Notes: generated by a model not told the origin, from the letters alone. 64,000 bases of DNA from Eledone cirrhosa (GCA_964016885.1 OZ024757.1:33604001-33668000), one strand, 5' to 3'. Shown: positions 16,665-35,905, counted from the first letter of the stretch. A program made the numbers and translations.

Positions 16665-16770
16665 GATACCCTCTGATGAAGCAGCATAAGCCGATTGTGC
16701 ATTGTTGCATAATATATGCCGACAGATGGTGCAGTGCACCTTACTGCTGCAGAAACTCGAGTCCGGGAAC
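16665..16770 (+). ncRNA. Hammerhead ribozyme with long stem II
   Basis: CCCT-CTGATGA-aGCAGCATAAG...CTTACTGCTGCa-GAAA-CTCGAGT-C-CGGG; palindrome ACTCGAGT, GUC site. Confidence 0.75.
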
Positions 16771-17075
16771 CTTATAGGCACCCGTTTTACGTGTGTTGTG
16801 TTGAGGCAAATAACTATGTGTATACTCTGGTAATGTATCTTACATTGCCCATTGAGTGCCCTGAGATACAACCGGTACTGGCATTGATAAATATGCTGGG
16901 TCCGTCAACCCTTATTATTATTATATATATATATATATAATGAAGGAAGTGTGGTCAGGAACTATTTCTACCAAACTCGTCCCATGGACTGAGTGGTCTA
17001 CTACTACAGTTATAAACCCCCCCCCCCACTCCACCCCCGGATGGCTGGAACAGGTAAAAGAGTAAAAGAATAATA

Positions 17076-17125
<50 letters not shown>

Positions 17126-17327
17126 ATAAATTAACGGAGCCATGTATTTACACTTTAATTAATATTTTTAATTAACGTGTGTCTACTCTGCCTTCCATAG
17201 GTTATAAATTCCATACACTGGTGGTTTTCCCTGTTTTATTGATAGCGCACTGTATCTCTCTCTATTGTGTTACCTTTTCTACATATTGTATATATATATA
17301 TATATATATATACACAACAGTGACATA

Positions 17328-17379
17328 AACGGGTACTTAAGTTTCGTTGGGTTCTGGACCCCAACTCATTCAGTCTGTC
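17328..17379 (-). ncRNA. Hammerhead-like motif with 1-nt core insertion
   Basis: CTGAATGA-GTTGGG..CCCAAC-GAAA-CTTAAGT-A; stem I weak. Confidence 0.55.
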
Positions 17380-17711
17380 ATAACAAAAATAAAAATAAAG
17401 ATGTCCGCCAGGGGTTGATTGTGATTTCGTTTCAGAAATATTTACATGTATGTGTGTGTGTGTGCGTGTGTGTGTGAACTCTTGTACTGCTAATGAAGGA
17501 CTAATGTCTGATACGTCGAACATTTTCTCTATTTTCTCCAAAGCATGAAACTAATACGAGTATATACTATCTATGGCATTGTCCTCATTTATAATAATCT
17601 TTAGCAACATTAAATTAGAAAATATGATCAGAAAATGTCCAAGTTTGGGTATGACCAATCATCAAACCGTTTCATCTGCATAATCGTGATCTACACTTTC
17701 GAAATCTTTTT

Positions 17712-18045
17712 CTTCTTTGCCCACTTATTCCTGGGGTGGTGGAGGAGCAGAGTCTTCAAACACACCTTCCAGAAGGTCCTGTCAGAAGTATCCATCTCCA
17801 ACTGATCCGGCTGGATCCCCAAGCGTAACCAGCCAAGCTCATGGATGTTATCCAACCATCTTGCTCGGGGTATACCCCTGGGTTTCTTGTCGGTTTGTTT
17901 TGTCTGTAAAATCTGTTCAGTGATTCTTTCCTGAGACATTCTAACCACATGCCCATAGTATCGGAGCTGTGATCTCTCAATTAGGAGAAGCAGCGGTTCT
18001 ACCTGGAGTGACTCTCTGATCTCTGAGCTATATATCTGTCCATGC
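17712..18045 (-). mobile_element. 3' fragment of a second RTE-type LINE family
   Basis: ERSQLRYYGHVVRM...KPRGIPRARWLDNI; homologous to 43590-44095. Confidence 0.85.
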
Positions 18046-19026
18046 TGGTATATATAACAAATATATATAAAAATTATATATAACAAAAATATATTAGAAA
18101 ATATGCAACAAACATATAATAAAAATATCTAACAAAGATATATATAAAAATATATTATAAACATATATAACAAAAATATAACAAAAAATATATAACAAAG
18201 ATATATAACAAATATATATAACAAAAATATATAACAAAGATATCTAACAAATATATATAACAAAAAATATATAACAAAAATATATAACAAAAATATATAA
18301 CAACATATATGACAAAAAATATATGACAAAATTTATATAACAAAAATCTATAACAAAATATAGAACAAAAATATAGAACAAAAATATATAACAAATATAA
18401 GACAAAAATATATAACAAGAATATAGAACAAATATATAAAAATATATAAAAATATGAATAATATGAAAAAAAAATTTGAAACAAAATTATTCAATAAATA
18501 TAAAATACTGTATACGAAATTATAAAACAAACATATAAGGCAAATAATAAACAAAAAATATTAAAAAATAAAACAAAATTATACAAAAGTATGGAAAAAA
18601 ATATATAAAAATATTTTTAAATCTATATAAAAAACACAAAAAATATTTTGAAAATATATTAAAAAAATGTTTAACGGAAAAAAATTTAAGCGAAAATTTA
18701 CAAGGCCGCCATTTTGTATTTTCAGAAATGGTGTCTTAAAATCTAATTTTGGCGAACAGCCGCCATGGGAGAAGCAGGGAAAGGAGGAGGACATAGGGAT
18801 AGGTCTGTCGTAAAAGAAGGTGGTGATGGCGGGTGCACACGAAGAGAGCAAACTTAGAAGAGGTGGTGGCTGTGGTTGGGAGTTACTGTTGCTGTTGTTT
18901 AGATGTATGCATATGCTGTATGCAATGAAGTGAAGTGCATCCGAGGTGGAGTTAATGCTATCCTAGTTGACATACATATATACTTCCACACGCACATACA
19001 CACACACACATATATATATATACATA

Positions 19027-19064
<38 letters not shown>

Positions 19065-19496
19065 TATATACTATATATCTATATATATGTATATATACAC
19101 ACACATACATACATAAACACACACACACACACACATATATACATAAAGGGCAAACGATATATTGTCAATGAACGGACAACACATCGTCTTACTTATGTAA
19201 AATAATAACTTCAGAAGGGCTTTAACAGTCGAAATAAACAATCCTTTATTAAATGATACATTTAATAAACTCTATACAAAAGTTAATTCAATCCCTACAT
19301 ACCTTGCGGATTAACAGAAATGGCTTAATTATTATTTTATGGACAGAGCTAAACGAAAGGATATGTGTGTATGCAGGAGACGAGGCGTCACGAAGGCATT
19401 CCATAGAGTACACCCACCAAGTCGGGCCGTCATAATCGAGAAGAATATTTGTACGTCGCTTTCCACTGTGGCCAGCGTGGATGGACAAAGGCGACA

Positions 19497-25141
<5,645 letters not shown>

Positions 25142-25144
25142 ATC

Positions 25145-25714
25145 TGTCTTCTCTCTCTCTCTCTCGTTTCATCTCTCACTCTCTCTCTCGTTTCATCTCT
25201 CACTCTCTCTCTCGTTTCATCTCTCACTCTCTCTCTCTCTCTCTCTCGTTTCATCTATCTCTCGTTTCATCTCTCACTCTCTCTCTCTCTCTCGTTTCAT
25301 CTATCTCTCGTTTCATCTATCTCTCGTTTCATCTCTCACTCTCTCTCTCGTTTCATCTCGCTCTCTCTTATTTCATCTCGCTCTCTCTCTCTCTCGTTTC
25401 TTCTCTTTTCATCTCTCTCTCTCTCGTTTCTTCTCTTTTCATCTCTCTCTCTCGTTTCTTCTCTTTTCATCTCTCTCTCTCGTTTCATTTCTCTCTCTTT
25501 CGTTTCATTTCTCTCTCTCTCTTTCGTTTCATTTCTCTCTCTTTCGTTCGTCTCTTTCTCTCTCCTTTCATCTCTTTTTCTCTCTCTCTTTCGTTTCATC
25601 TCTTTCTCTCTCGTTTCATCTCTCTTTTTCTCTCTCTCTCTCTCGTTTCATCTCTCTTTTTCTCTCTCTCTCTCTCGTTTCATCTCTCTTTTTCTCTCTC
25701 ACTCTCTTGTTTCA

Positions 25715-25751
<37 letters not shown>

Positions 25752-26230
25752 TCTCGTTCGTTTTATCTCGTTCGTTTTATCTCGTTCGTTTTATCTCGTT
25801 CGTTTTATCTCGTTCGTTTTATCTCTCTCGTTTCACATCTATCTCTCTCTCATTTCATCTCTCTCTCTCTCATTTCATCACTCTCTCTCTCGTTTCATCT
25901 CTCTCTCTCTCGTTTCATCTCTCTCTCTCTCGTTTTCTATCTCGTTTCCTCTCTCTCTCTCTCTCTCGTTTCCTCTCTCTCTTCCTCTTCTCTCTCTCGT
26001 TTCCTCTCTCTCTTCCTCTTCTCTCTCTCTTGTTTCACCTCTCTCTCGTTTCAACTCTCTCTCTCTCCTCTCGTTTCAACTCTCTCTCTCTCCTCTCGTT
26101 TCATCTCTCTCTCGCTCTCCCTCTCTCTCTCTCTCTCTCTCTCACGTTTCATCTCTCTTCTATCTCTCTCGTTTCATATCTCTCCTCTTTCTCTCTCTCT
26201 CTCTCATTTCATCTCTCGTTTCATCTCGTT
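25145..26230. repeat. (TC)n tract punctuated by CGTTTCAT
   Basis: Direct inspection. Confidence 0.93.
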
Positions 26231-26356
26231 TTTGTTTTCAATTTCGTTTTTGTTTACATGAAATTTTCTTTTGTTTGAAAAGTTAGAGGGGGAAAATGAA
26301 GTTTTTTTCAATTTTCTCCACTTCCGGTTTTTCTTTTTTATGCTAGAAATAACAGT

Positions 26357-26395
<39 letters not shown>

Positions 26396-26439
26396 AGTGA
26401 CGAAACAAGTCAATTGCATGAACTCATAATCTTTTATTT

Positions 26440-26495
26440 ACGGCTATATATATTTCGATGATAGCCATTGAATGGCTATGACCTCATCAGGCAAT
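26440..26495 (-). ncRNA. Hammerhead ribozyme
   Basis: GC-CTGATGA-GGTCATAGCCATT-C-AATGGCTATCATC-GAAA-TATATAT-A-GC. Confidence 0.7.
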
Positions 26496-27895
26496 CAGTT
26501 CTTAGATATGCCAGCTCTGCGTTTATGGTGTTGATGGTATCAGAGCCTTAGGACATATATATATATATACAGTGAACCCCGGCATTCGCGGGACCAATTA
26601 TTCGCGGAATATTCCTTAGAACCTAAGTAATAATGATATATATATATAGAGAGAGAGAAATAGACACACACATATATATACACACATATATATCTATGTA
26701 TGTGTATATATATATTTATGTATATATATAAGTATTTATATGTATATATACATTTATACATATATATATATATATACATATACACACACACACACATATA
26801 TATATACTGTGCCAATCTATTGAGTACATCGTATTTATTGTGGTTTCTCCCGAAGCGACCCGTGAATCTACTTACGCATATATATATATATATTAGAAGA
26901 GGTTTGACGAGTCGCACCTCGTACCCAAAGTACGACATTTGGTTGCTATTTCTAGCAGGTTTAGAATTTACTATTTTCCAAACAGAATTCTGTTTTAAAA
27001 CCCTCACTCTGAACTCGATTGCAAATTACCGAGGAGTTTGTTGTAGCAGGGTTCAACTGAAATATCTACACCGGTAACTTAATTAGTGTTACACCTTAGG
27101 CATAAACTATTTGGCATTCTTTGAAGGAGGTACTGGGTTTTTCGCTGTCTTAAATGGAGTATACACGCACACACAATGCATATATATAAATTGTTTTTCT
27201 CTGTACAAAGAGATTGACATCATTTCTTAAATCATTATTTAGGGTTTTACAACAAAACATATTGTATGTGTAATTATACATAAATTGAATTTAAGTATTT
27301 ATTTTTTAATTTTACATACACTTTAGTAGTAGTATATATATATATATATATAATATATTCATTTGTGCGTACGTTAATTTCGTGGGTAACTGCAGTTAAC
27401 GTTCGTCTCGTGTTGGCTTTTATTCCAGAGTTAAAGCGACTGTAGAGTGTGAATAAAAAAGTAAGAAAGATCGAAAACACTGTTGCTGTGTATATATATA
27501 AATGTTATTGGCACATTAGAATTGTTTCAATATTGATAGCTCGGAGTACAATCATAATATGTATATATTTTTCACATGAAATCAATATTCAAACTGACCC
27601 CAGTGCGTTTATTTTAATGTGACGTAATTCTACCTCCCAGGGATTTGAACACAGTTTCATGTTACTGGGTGGTACAATGAAGCAGAGAGAATATAAAATT
27701 GCTACACCGGTGGAATACTTAGTGTTTCACCGGTTTTCTTATAACAACATACTGGATACGACGTGCATGATAGAGGTAAAGTTTTATTTGTCTTCTGTGC
27801 TAGAGTATAACTGTAGTTTGACTTGTTAAATTTATAGTATATGTTTGTTATATATATTCTTAACTATGCTATCATTGCATCTCTTTGGAGGTTAC

Positions 27896-27999
27896 TGCTC
27901 TGATGTCATCTCTTCCACTAAGACACTCTCCACAACCTTGCCTCTCCTCGTATCATCCCCCAAAGTTATATCAATCTCCATAAAGCCAACACTTCTCAT
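27896..27999 (-). CDS. Candidate first coding segment of the TRP gene (MRSVGFMEIDITLGDDTRRGKVVESVLVEEMTSE)
   Basis: Unique complex sequence; ATG at 27999; donor CA|GTAACC is phase 2, compatible with one frame of the 10526-10589 exon. No homology recognised. Confidence 0.25.
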
Positions 28000-29353
28000 T
28001 ATGTCTAGTCCTTCTTGTCCAGAATGTCGGCTTCATGGAACTCGGTGTTTACGTCTTTCTGTAACAATAATATCTTGTTCTCCACACGCCCACCAAGCGG
28101 CCGTAATTCTACTGTGCAAATTTTTTTAATCTATTTTAGCATTTCTTTAATAAAGAACCACATATGATGTTTGACATAATTGGAAAAAAAAATATTATTT
28201 TACTATTTCATAAGCTCTGGCAGGTATCGAAAACCTCATATATAGATTCATTTTACTTACGTCAAAAACACACATGTATATATAATAATAATTTTTTGAT
28301 AACTTTTCAGTGACAAAATACATACATCGATAGGGTATCCAATCTCAGAAATGTCTCCACTAGAGATGTGTGTGTGTATATCTTTATTATTCCTTTGAAA
28401 AGTAGTTTTAATTTTAAAAAAATTATATATTTCACTATCTCAAAAATCCTGGCAGATATTGCAACTCCACCTGTAGATTCCTTTAAATACATTGTATTTG
28501 ACTTACGTGAAATTAAATATATAATTTGTTTTTAAATTTTCTTTTCAAGTACCAAAATAAAAACACATTAGTAAGGTTTTCAGTCTCTTAAATGCGTGGT
28601 TGTTATAGACACTTAACTATTCTCGTATTTGTTATAGACACTTAACTATTGTCGTATTTACCGTCATGTGTGCATTTAAATCTGACTGAGTCAATCCTAC
28701 AGCCTATTTATTTTACAGGAGAGAAAGCAAGACACCTTTCCTATGCCTTTAAACGTTAATTTTGCACTTGACTTATAATTCCTTTTTCTTCTCTTAGATT
28801 GAATAAAGCTCAACAATTATATTCAACATAACTCATGTTAGTCTTCACAGTCAAGGACCTGTTTTTAACTATATCTACTTCAAGATGTTATAGGTGGAAT
28901 AAGGCAGCACAACCCAAAATAAAATGTCAATTTAAGGATTCACTCGTAGAAAGTGTCAAAAGAAGGGACACTGATATAAGGTTTGTAGGCCTAAGAAATA
29001 GATTTTAAAGCTATCGTCAATTAAACAAAACTTATAAATAGGCAATAATGAAGACAATTCTGACCAAGATTAGACAACTCTGACCAAGATTAGACAACTC
29101 TGACCAAGATTAGACAACTCTCACATCCATATTAGCCTGTCAATTCAGTAGACTACTTAACTTTGTTAATAATCAGAAAACAAGGCCACTTATTGACAAT
29201 AGACCAGACAAAACATTTAGCATGAATTACTACAACGATGGTGCGAAAAGATCGTGGTTTCTAAATCAGAGAATGTTTCTTTAACAAACACAAGCATATA
29301 AAAAGTAGAAGGGATATTGACAGTGCATAGAAGTAGGAAATAACTTCTATCAA

Positions 29354-29402
29354 ATAGTTGGGGTTAAGTTAAGTTGGCCCAACTTAACTTAACCCCAACT
29401 AT
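29354..29402. repeat. Perfect 49-bp palindrome
   Basis: ATAGTTGGGGTTAAGTTAAGTTGG-C-CCAACTTAACTTAACCCCAACTAT. Confidence 0.95.
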
Positions 29403-29648
29403 ATAATATATAATATGTACATATATATATATATATAATATGTACATATATATATATATATAATATGTACATATATATATATATATAATATGTACATATA
29501 TATATATATATAATATGTACATATATATATATATATAATATGTACATATATATATATATATATAATATGTACATATATATATATATATATAATATGTACA
29601 TATATATATATATATATATATATAATATGTACATATATATATATGTAC

Positions 29649-29688
<40 letters not shown>

Positions 29689-29737
29689 TATATATATATA
29701 TATATATATAATATGTATATATATATATATAATATGT

Positions 29738-32690
29738 ACAGAGGTGCCTCTGCGAGACTAGTCGTAGGCAAGCGTCTTAAGCTATTCTGGGTAGGTAAGG
29801 ATGATGGGTTAGGGGGAGTAGGCATTTTCCTGGCTGAGAAATGGATCAATAAGACAATAGAGGTAGTTCGAGTTAGTAATCGAATAATTAAGCTTAGATT
29901 AGTTGTAGGTAGGAGACTACTGACAATCATCTCGGTCTATGCTCCCCAAGCAGGCCTAGGCAAAGATGAGAAAGACTGCTTTTATGAGCAACTTTTGCAA
30001 ACAACCACAATGACAGAGGACGGAGACATCGTTATGCTAGCAGGAGACTTCAATGGTCATGTTGGACAGCTCCAGGATGGTTACACTGGGGTACATGGTG
30101 GGCACGGTTACGGTTCAAGAAATGAAGGAGTGAGACTTCTTGAATTTTGTGATGCGAGTACATTGACTATTTGCAACACAAACTTCCAGAAACCTGCCAA
30201 TCACCTAATAACCTACAAATCTGGTGAGCACATAAGCCAGATTGACTTCCTGCTAGTTAGGCAGCGGGACAGGCAGATAGTGTCTAATACCAAGGCATAC
30301 CCTGGGGAAGAATGTACCCCACAGCATAGGTTAGTTGTTAGTGATATCTCAGTAAGCAAGAGATGGAATGAGACATATAGGAAGGTGTGGAGAAGAAAGG
30401 TCTGGAAGCTAAAAGACCTTTCACTAAAATACAAATTTAGGAAAGCCCTTCAAGATGTATATGACGAAAAAGAAGACGATTTAGAGACGTATGACATAGA
30501 TAATAACTGGAAGTTCTTATGTGACAACTTGCTGCAGGCTACTGATGAAACCTGTGGCTGGAGCAGAGCTCCAACCAGACAGAGAGTGACCTGGTGGTGG
30601 AACAGCACAGTAGATAAGGCTATTAGAGACAAAAGACTAGCATGGAAGGCTTGGGGAAAAAAAAAAAGGGTGGGAGTAGGGAAGAATATACAGCCACTAA
30701 GAGAGAAGCTAGACGTCAGGTGTACTTAGCACGCAGGGAGGCAGAGAGTAGGAGGTTTGCCAATGTTCTGCGATGGGAAGATCAGAGGCGTGCGGTGTTC
30801 CACATTGCAAGGCAGTGTGTCAATACAAATCAGGATGTTGTTGGAGATAAATGTGTCCGGGATGATGCCGGTGTACTTAGTGTCACGAATGACCAGAAAA
30901 AGGAGGCCTGGAAATGTCATTATGAGAGACTGATGAATGTGGAGAACGAATGGGAGAGAGAGAAATTACCCTTGGTAGATCCGACAGAGGGACCAGCTAT
31001 TGAGATTGATGAATATAGGGTCCAAGAGGCGATTAGGGAAATGAAAAATGGTAAGGCGGCCGGACCATCGGGAATAGTTGCTGAGATGCTGAAGGCATCA
31101 GGGGACATAGGCACTAAACTGGTTGCACGCATCATCAATCAGGCTATATATGGTGGTGTCATACCCAAAGACTGGTGCAGCAGTATTCTCATAAATTGCT
31201 ACAAAGGTAAAGGGGATGCTTTGGAGAGGAGCAATTATAGGGGTATAAAACTGATAGATCAGGTTATGAAAGTGGCAGAAAGGATTTTAGCACAACTAAT
31301 TAGAGAAAGGGTCAAACTAGATGAGATGCAGTTTGGTTTTGTGCCTGGGAAGAGTACAACAGATGCCCTCTTCTTGGTGAGACAAATGCAAGAGAGGTTC
31401 TTAGAGAAGAATAAGCCACTATACTTAGCCTTTGTTGACCTAGAGAAGGCCTTTGATAGGGTACCCCGATCTGTCATCTGGTGGTCCCTAAGGAAGCTAG
31501 GTGTTGAGGAATGGCTTGTGAGGACAGTGCAAACTTTGTACAGAGGTACTCTCAGTAAAGTCAGGGTAGGAATGGAGTTTAGTGAGGAATTCCAGATACA
31601 AGTAGGAGTACATCAGGGTTCGGTCTTCAGCCCGCTCTTGTTTATTATAGTCCTCCAAGCCATAACAGAGGAGTTTAAGACTGGCTGTCCATGGGAACTT
31701 CTCTATGCTGACGATCTGGCTCTTATAGCAGAATCAGTAGAGGAGCTAGAGAATAAATTCCGGCTATGGAAACAGCAGTTGGAAGCAAGAGGACTGAGAG
31801 TAAATCTAGCTAAGACAAAAATGTTGATGAGTAGAAAAGAGGACAAAACCCTGATTCCGTCAGGGAAATGGCCATGTTCCATATGCAGAAAAGGAACTGG
31901 CATACATTCTATAAAATGCACACAATGCAGGTCCTGGGTACACAAGAGATGTAGCGCGATAGAAGGCAAACAATTACAGGTAGGTAGAAATATGTATGCA
32001 TTAGATGTACAGGGAAATTAGACAGTAGAAGTCGCACTGATAGACACATTTTTCAAATGCGAGAGGGCGCAATAGAAGTGGTGGATAGCTTCCGGTACCT
32101 AGGAGATCAGATTAGCATGGGAGGAGGGTGTTCCGAGGCCATAGTATCTAGAATAAGGACGGGTTGGAAGAAGTTTAGGGAGCTGCTTCCTCTGTTGACG
32201 AAGAAGGGTTTCTCCCTGCGTACGAAAGGCTGGTTGTATGATGCCTGTGTGAGGAGCGCGATGCTGCATGGTAGTGAGACATGGGCAGCAACCGCAGAGG
32301 ATATGCGACGGCTGGAGAGAAATGAGGCAAGCATGCTCCGTTGGATGTGCGTGAACGACCCAGCATAAATGTGTTGAGAGAGAAACTGTGTCTGAGAGGG
32401 ATAGAATGTAGTGTACGGGAGAGGAGACTGAGGTGGTATGGACATGTGATGCACATGGAGGATGACCGATGGGTGAAGAAGTGCCAGGAAATGCCAGTTG
32501 AAGGAAGACGTGGTAGAGGTAGACCACGAAAAACATGGGCGGAGGTGGTGAGAACAGACCTCAGATCATTGAAGCTCACGGTGGAGATAACGAGGGACCG
32601 TGACGAGTGGAGAGATGCTGTGCTGAATAAGACCCGTCCCACCCTTGCAAGCAGGGAAAAGCGGACGTAAAATGATGATGATGATGATAT
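29738..32690 (+). mobile_element. RTE-clade LINE, 5'-truncated, frameshifted (APE + RT + Cys/His finger), (ATG)n tail
   Basis: APE motifs VYAPQ, GDFNGHVG, QIDFLL, QHRLVV; RT motifs NYRGIKL, QFGF, FVDLEKAFDRV, GVHQGS, YADD; C-terminal LRWYGHV..GRGRPRKTW; frameshifts near 30660, 31980 and 32355. Confidence 0.95.
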
Positions 32691-32871
32691 ATATATATGA
32701 TGATATATATATATATGATGATATATATATATGATGATATATATATATATATATGATGATATATATATATATGATGATATATATATATGATGATATATAT
32801 ATATATATATGATGATATATATATATATATATGATGATATATTTATATATATATGATGATGATGATGATAT

Positions 32872-33200
32872 CAAGCTGCCATTTGTATCTTTGACATGTT
32901 GCTAAGGTAAACTAGATTTAATATTTTTGTCTTTCAAGGACCATATGAGTTCTGAGAGAGCCGTGTTGGTTCTTTTAAGTTTGAATTTAAAAGACGAAAG
33001 ATGGTTATAAAGACGAGCTTTAAAAGAGGTGGAAGTGGAGCCAAAATAGGTGAAGGAATTGGTGTCAGTTATAACTTTACATTCGTAAATTAAGTTTTTA
33101 TCAAGACTGGTTGTTGAGAGGACATTTATTTTTAATAGGGCAATTGCGATTAGAGAGATTATTAACGAGTGACCTAGTGTTATCTATAGAAGGAATTGGA
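32872..33200 (-). mobile_element. Penelope-like element GIY-YIG endonuclease relic
   Basis: Manual translation: [73 protein letters not shown], matching the PLE pattern CPL..IY..YIG.T..FK.R..NH..SF..T.LS..IW.LK. Confidence 0.85.
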
Positions 33201-33232
33201 TTGTATATATATATATATATATATGTACATAT

Positions 33233-33266
<34 letters not shown>

Positions 33267-33278
33267 TATATGTATATG

Positions 33279-33333
<55 letters not shown>

Positions 33334-33387
33334 ACATATGATATATATATGTGTGTGTGTGTGTACATATGATATATATATGTGTAC

Positions 33388-33422
<35 letters not shown>

Positions 33423-34199
33423 ACATATTATATATATATATATTCATATATGTACTTACTATATATTTATATATATGTGTACTTATTATATTTATATATA
33501 TATATATATGTGTGTACTTATTATATTTATATATATGTGTACTTATTATATATATATATATACGATATATTAACAAATGGAAACTATATTTATAAAACCA
33601 TATTTATTTCATTATACATATTTCAAGGACACTAAGTTAAATTATGGTGTGCTTTCATCATAAAATATAATATAGATCAGTTTTATAAATAAATATTGAC
33701 ATACCCTTAAAGAATGTTAATATATCGTGTTTTTACTCCAATAATTTGTTAAGTGCTTTATATCAGTTATAAAAATATTTTCTTGTTGCATTGTATATAG
33801 ACTAAATAAATAAAGATGGCGTAGAAATACAATGCAACGGGAGGAATCTATAGCACCACTGACGATGTTGCAGATGTGCAACGAAAGAACTTTGATAAAC
33901 TATATATATATGTGTTTGTGTCTATATTGTATCTGTATTATTTTTAACCGTCGGTCAGTCAATGGCAACATTGAGGACCGAATAAATTAGATTACCGATA
34001 TAAAAGACACGGAAGCGAAAAGCGAAAACCAACCAAACAGTGAGTGTGTTCTGTTATTAATTCTGGCAATATTACACAAATATGACCCTCCCCAAGTATA
34101 ACAATATATATATATATATAAAAACAAATAACGAAACGAAATTAAATTTCGTTTGACTCTAAAAACCGGTTTGTCTGTGTGTTTACATACAGAATAGCT

Positions 34200-34470
34200 G
34201 GCCACTCACAGTAAAGTGACCAGTGAAAAAACTTGGTACATCTACATATGTATACGTGTGTGTATTCATATACATACTAGTATTTCAGTATACATATATG
34301 GATGTACATCTTTAACTTAATTATATATATATATATATGCATATATATAAATATGAATAAAACACTAGTTAATTATTTTTAATCGACACCGGTTGGTTAT
34401 TTTAAATCGACACCGATTTTTACGTAATCACCGACACATGGATACTCACAGGAATAAATCAGGTAGGCTA
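34200..34470. promoter_or_regulatory. Candidate bidirectional promoter / first non-coding exons
   Basis: + donor CAG|GTAGG at 34462 upstream of the DXO acceptor at 35818; - donor ACT|GTGAGT at 34210; duplicated AATCGACACCG motif between them. Confidence 0.4.
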
Positions 34471-35481
34471 TTCTTTTTCTTCTTTTAATTCTTGATATAT
34501 CTTAATTAGTAGGTATTAAAACAATTCAAAATAGTTAGATAAATTATTTCTTTTCTAATGAATATAGAATGTGTAAACCAAGGTTTAATGAAGAAAGGAA
34601 AACCAATACCATTGGAAAATCAATACCATAAAGTTCAGATATTGACCTAACTTCTAAGATTGTTCGAATAGGCTATGTAGTCGGTAAACCCTAAAGGAAC
34701 GCAACACACATATCGCTATAGTATTTCACCAGCCCCTTCCTTCCTCAATCATTCATAGATGTGTGTGTATGCAATAATTATTTTGTATAATGTGTCTATG
34801 AATATGTATGACTAGATGTGTGTGTGGTTGTATGCATTTCTGTTGTCTGTATTTTTTTATATATTTACATGTAGATATGTGTGTGTGTGTGTAACTAAAG
34901 CGTAACGTATGTTACCAATGGACGACTAAATGATTTTAACTTGTTTTTTAACAAATGATGGTGGGAAAAATTTCAAATTGTCTTAACTCAGACCTTAAAA
35001 GGCCGCAACTAATGGTGCCTCACTCTTACCAGCTACATAGCCTGGGAGTTTATTTTACCGGGATCAGCTACATAGCCTCTTTCAAGATTGTTATTAGCAA
35101 CGGTTATAAGTTGCTGATATATTTTAAAACGTACGATGTTTTTATAAGTAGTAGATACATAGTTGTAGATTGCCTGCTTCTTAAACATACACATACACAG
35201 GGCCTCCAAGAGAAATTTTGCAAGGCGGTACAAGACAGCTTTGGGGTTCGACGCAGGCAAAGATTTTTCTCAAAATGGATGTTGCATGGTTACTGTGGAG
35301 CCTTCTTAGCTCTTGGGCCCCGGGACAAAGTACTGACTGGACCCTCCTCTCATAGGCCCTGTACACACAGAGAAGTGTTAACGAACTGCAAAAAAAAAAA
35401 AAAAAAAAAGCGTGAAAAGACCAGCATACTCAATGAAACTCCACAACAACAATGGGCAAAAAATAAACATTATTATATATC

Positions 35482-35664
35482 GGCAGTATCGGTAGAGCGT
35501 TAGAGACCATGCTATGCAGTATAGAGTCATGGCCCTTTGCGTTCTGAGTTCAAATCCCTCCGAGGTTAACTTTGCCTTTCATCCTTACAGGGTCAATAAA
35601 ATAAAGTACCAGTAATGCACTGGATAATTGCTGGCCTTGTGTCACACGTACAAACAATTATTAT
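35482..35664 (+). mobile_element. tRNA-derived SINE family A
   Basis: A-box-like GGCAGTATCGGTAGAGC, B-box GAGTTCAAATCC, core CTTTGCCTTTCATCCTTACGGGGTC.ATAAAATAAAGTACCAG, (ATT)n tail. Confidence 0.85.
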
Positions 35665-35905
35665 GTATTAATCGCAGTTCCGGTTTAACCTAGTATCAAG
35701 AGTAGGATTTGTTATGGACCCCCACACCCATTTTCAGGGGTTCCCCCTTGCTCTAAATACTTCACACTACAGTATTATATAGACTTTAACTTTTATATTA
35801 CACTTTTTTTTAATTTAGGACACCTTTTTAGTATATGCTCCTGGCCCTGTACTAACTTAATCTGGCATTGACATATCTCTGTCTGTTTATTAAATTACCA
35901 TCGGT

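Noticed and set aside
27892-28111. In-frame TGA in a minus-strand frame (KHRVP*SRHSG) suggesting a selenoprotein
   Set aside because: No redox motif. The apparent downstream AUGA...GA stem (about 27590-27660) pairs poorly and overlaps a SINE B-box remnant, so there is no credible SECIS.
34955-35503. 182-aa ORF upstream of DXO
   Set aside because: No recognisable motifs, includes a poly-A run and a SINE head, and lies in the probable 5'-UTR intron
35482-35580. tRNA-like A/B boxes here and in other copies
   Set aside because: No cloverleaf; these are SINE heads
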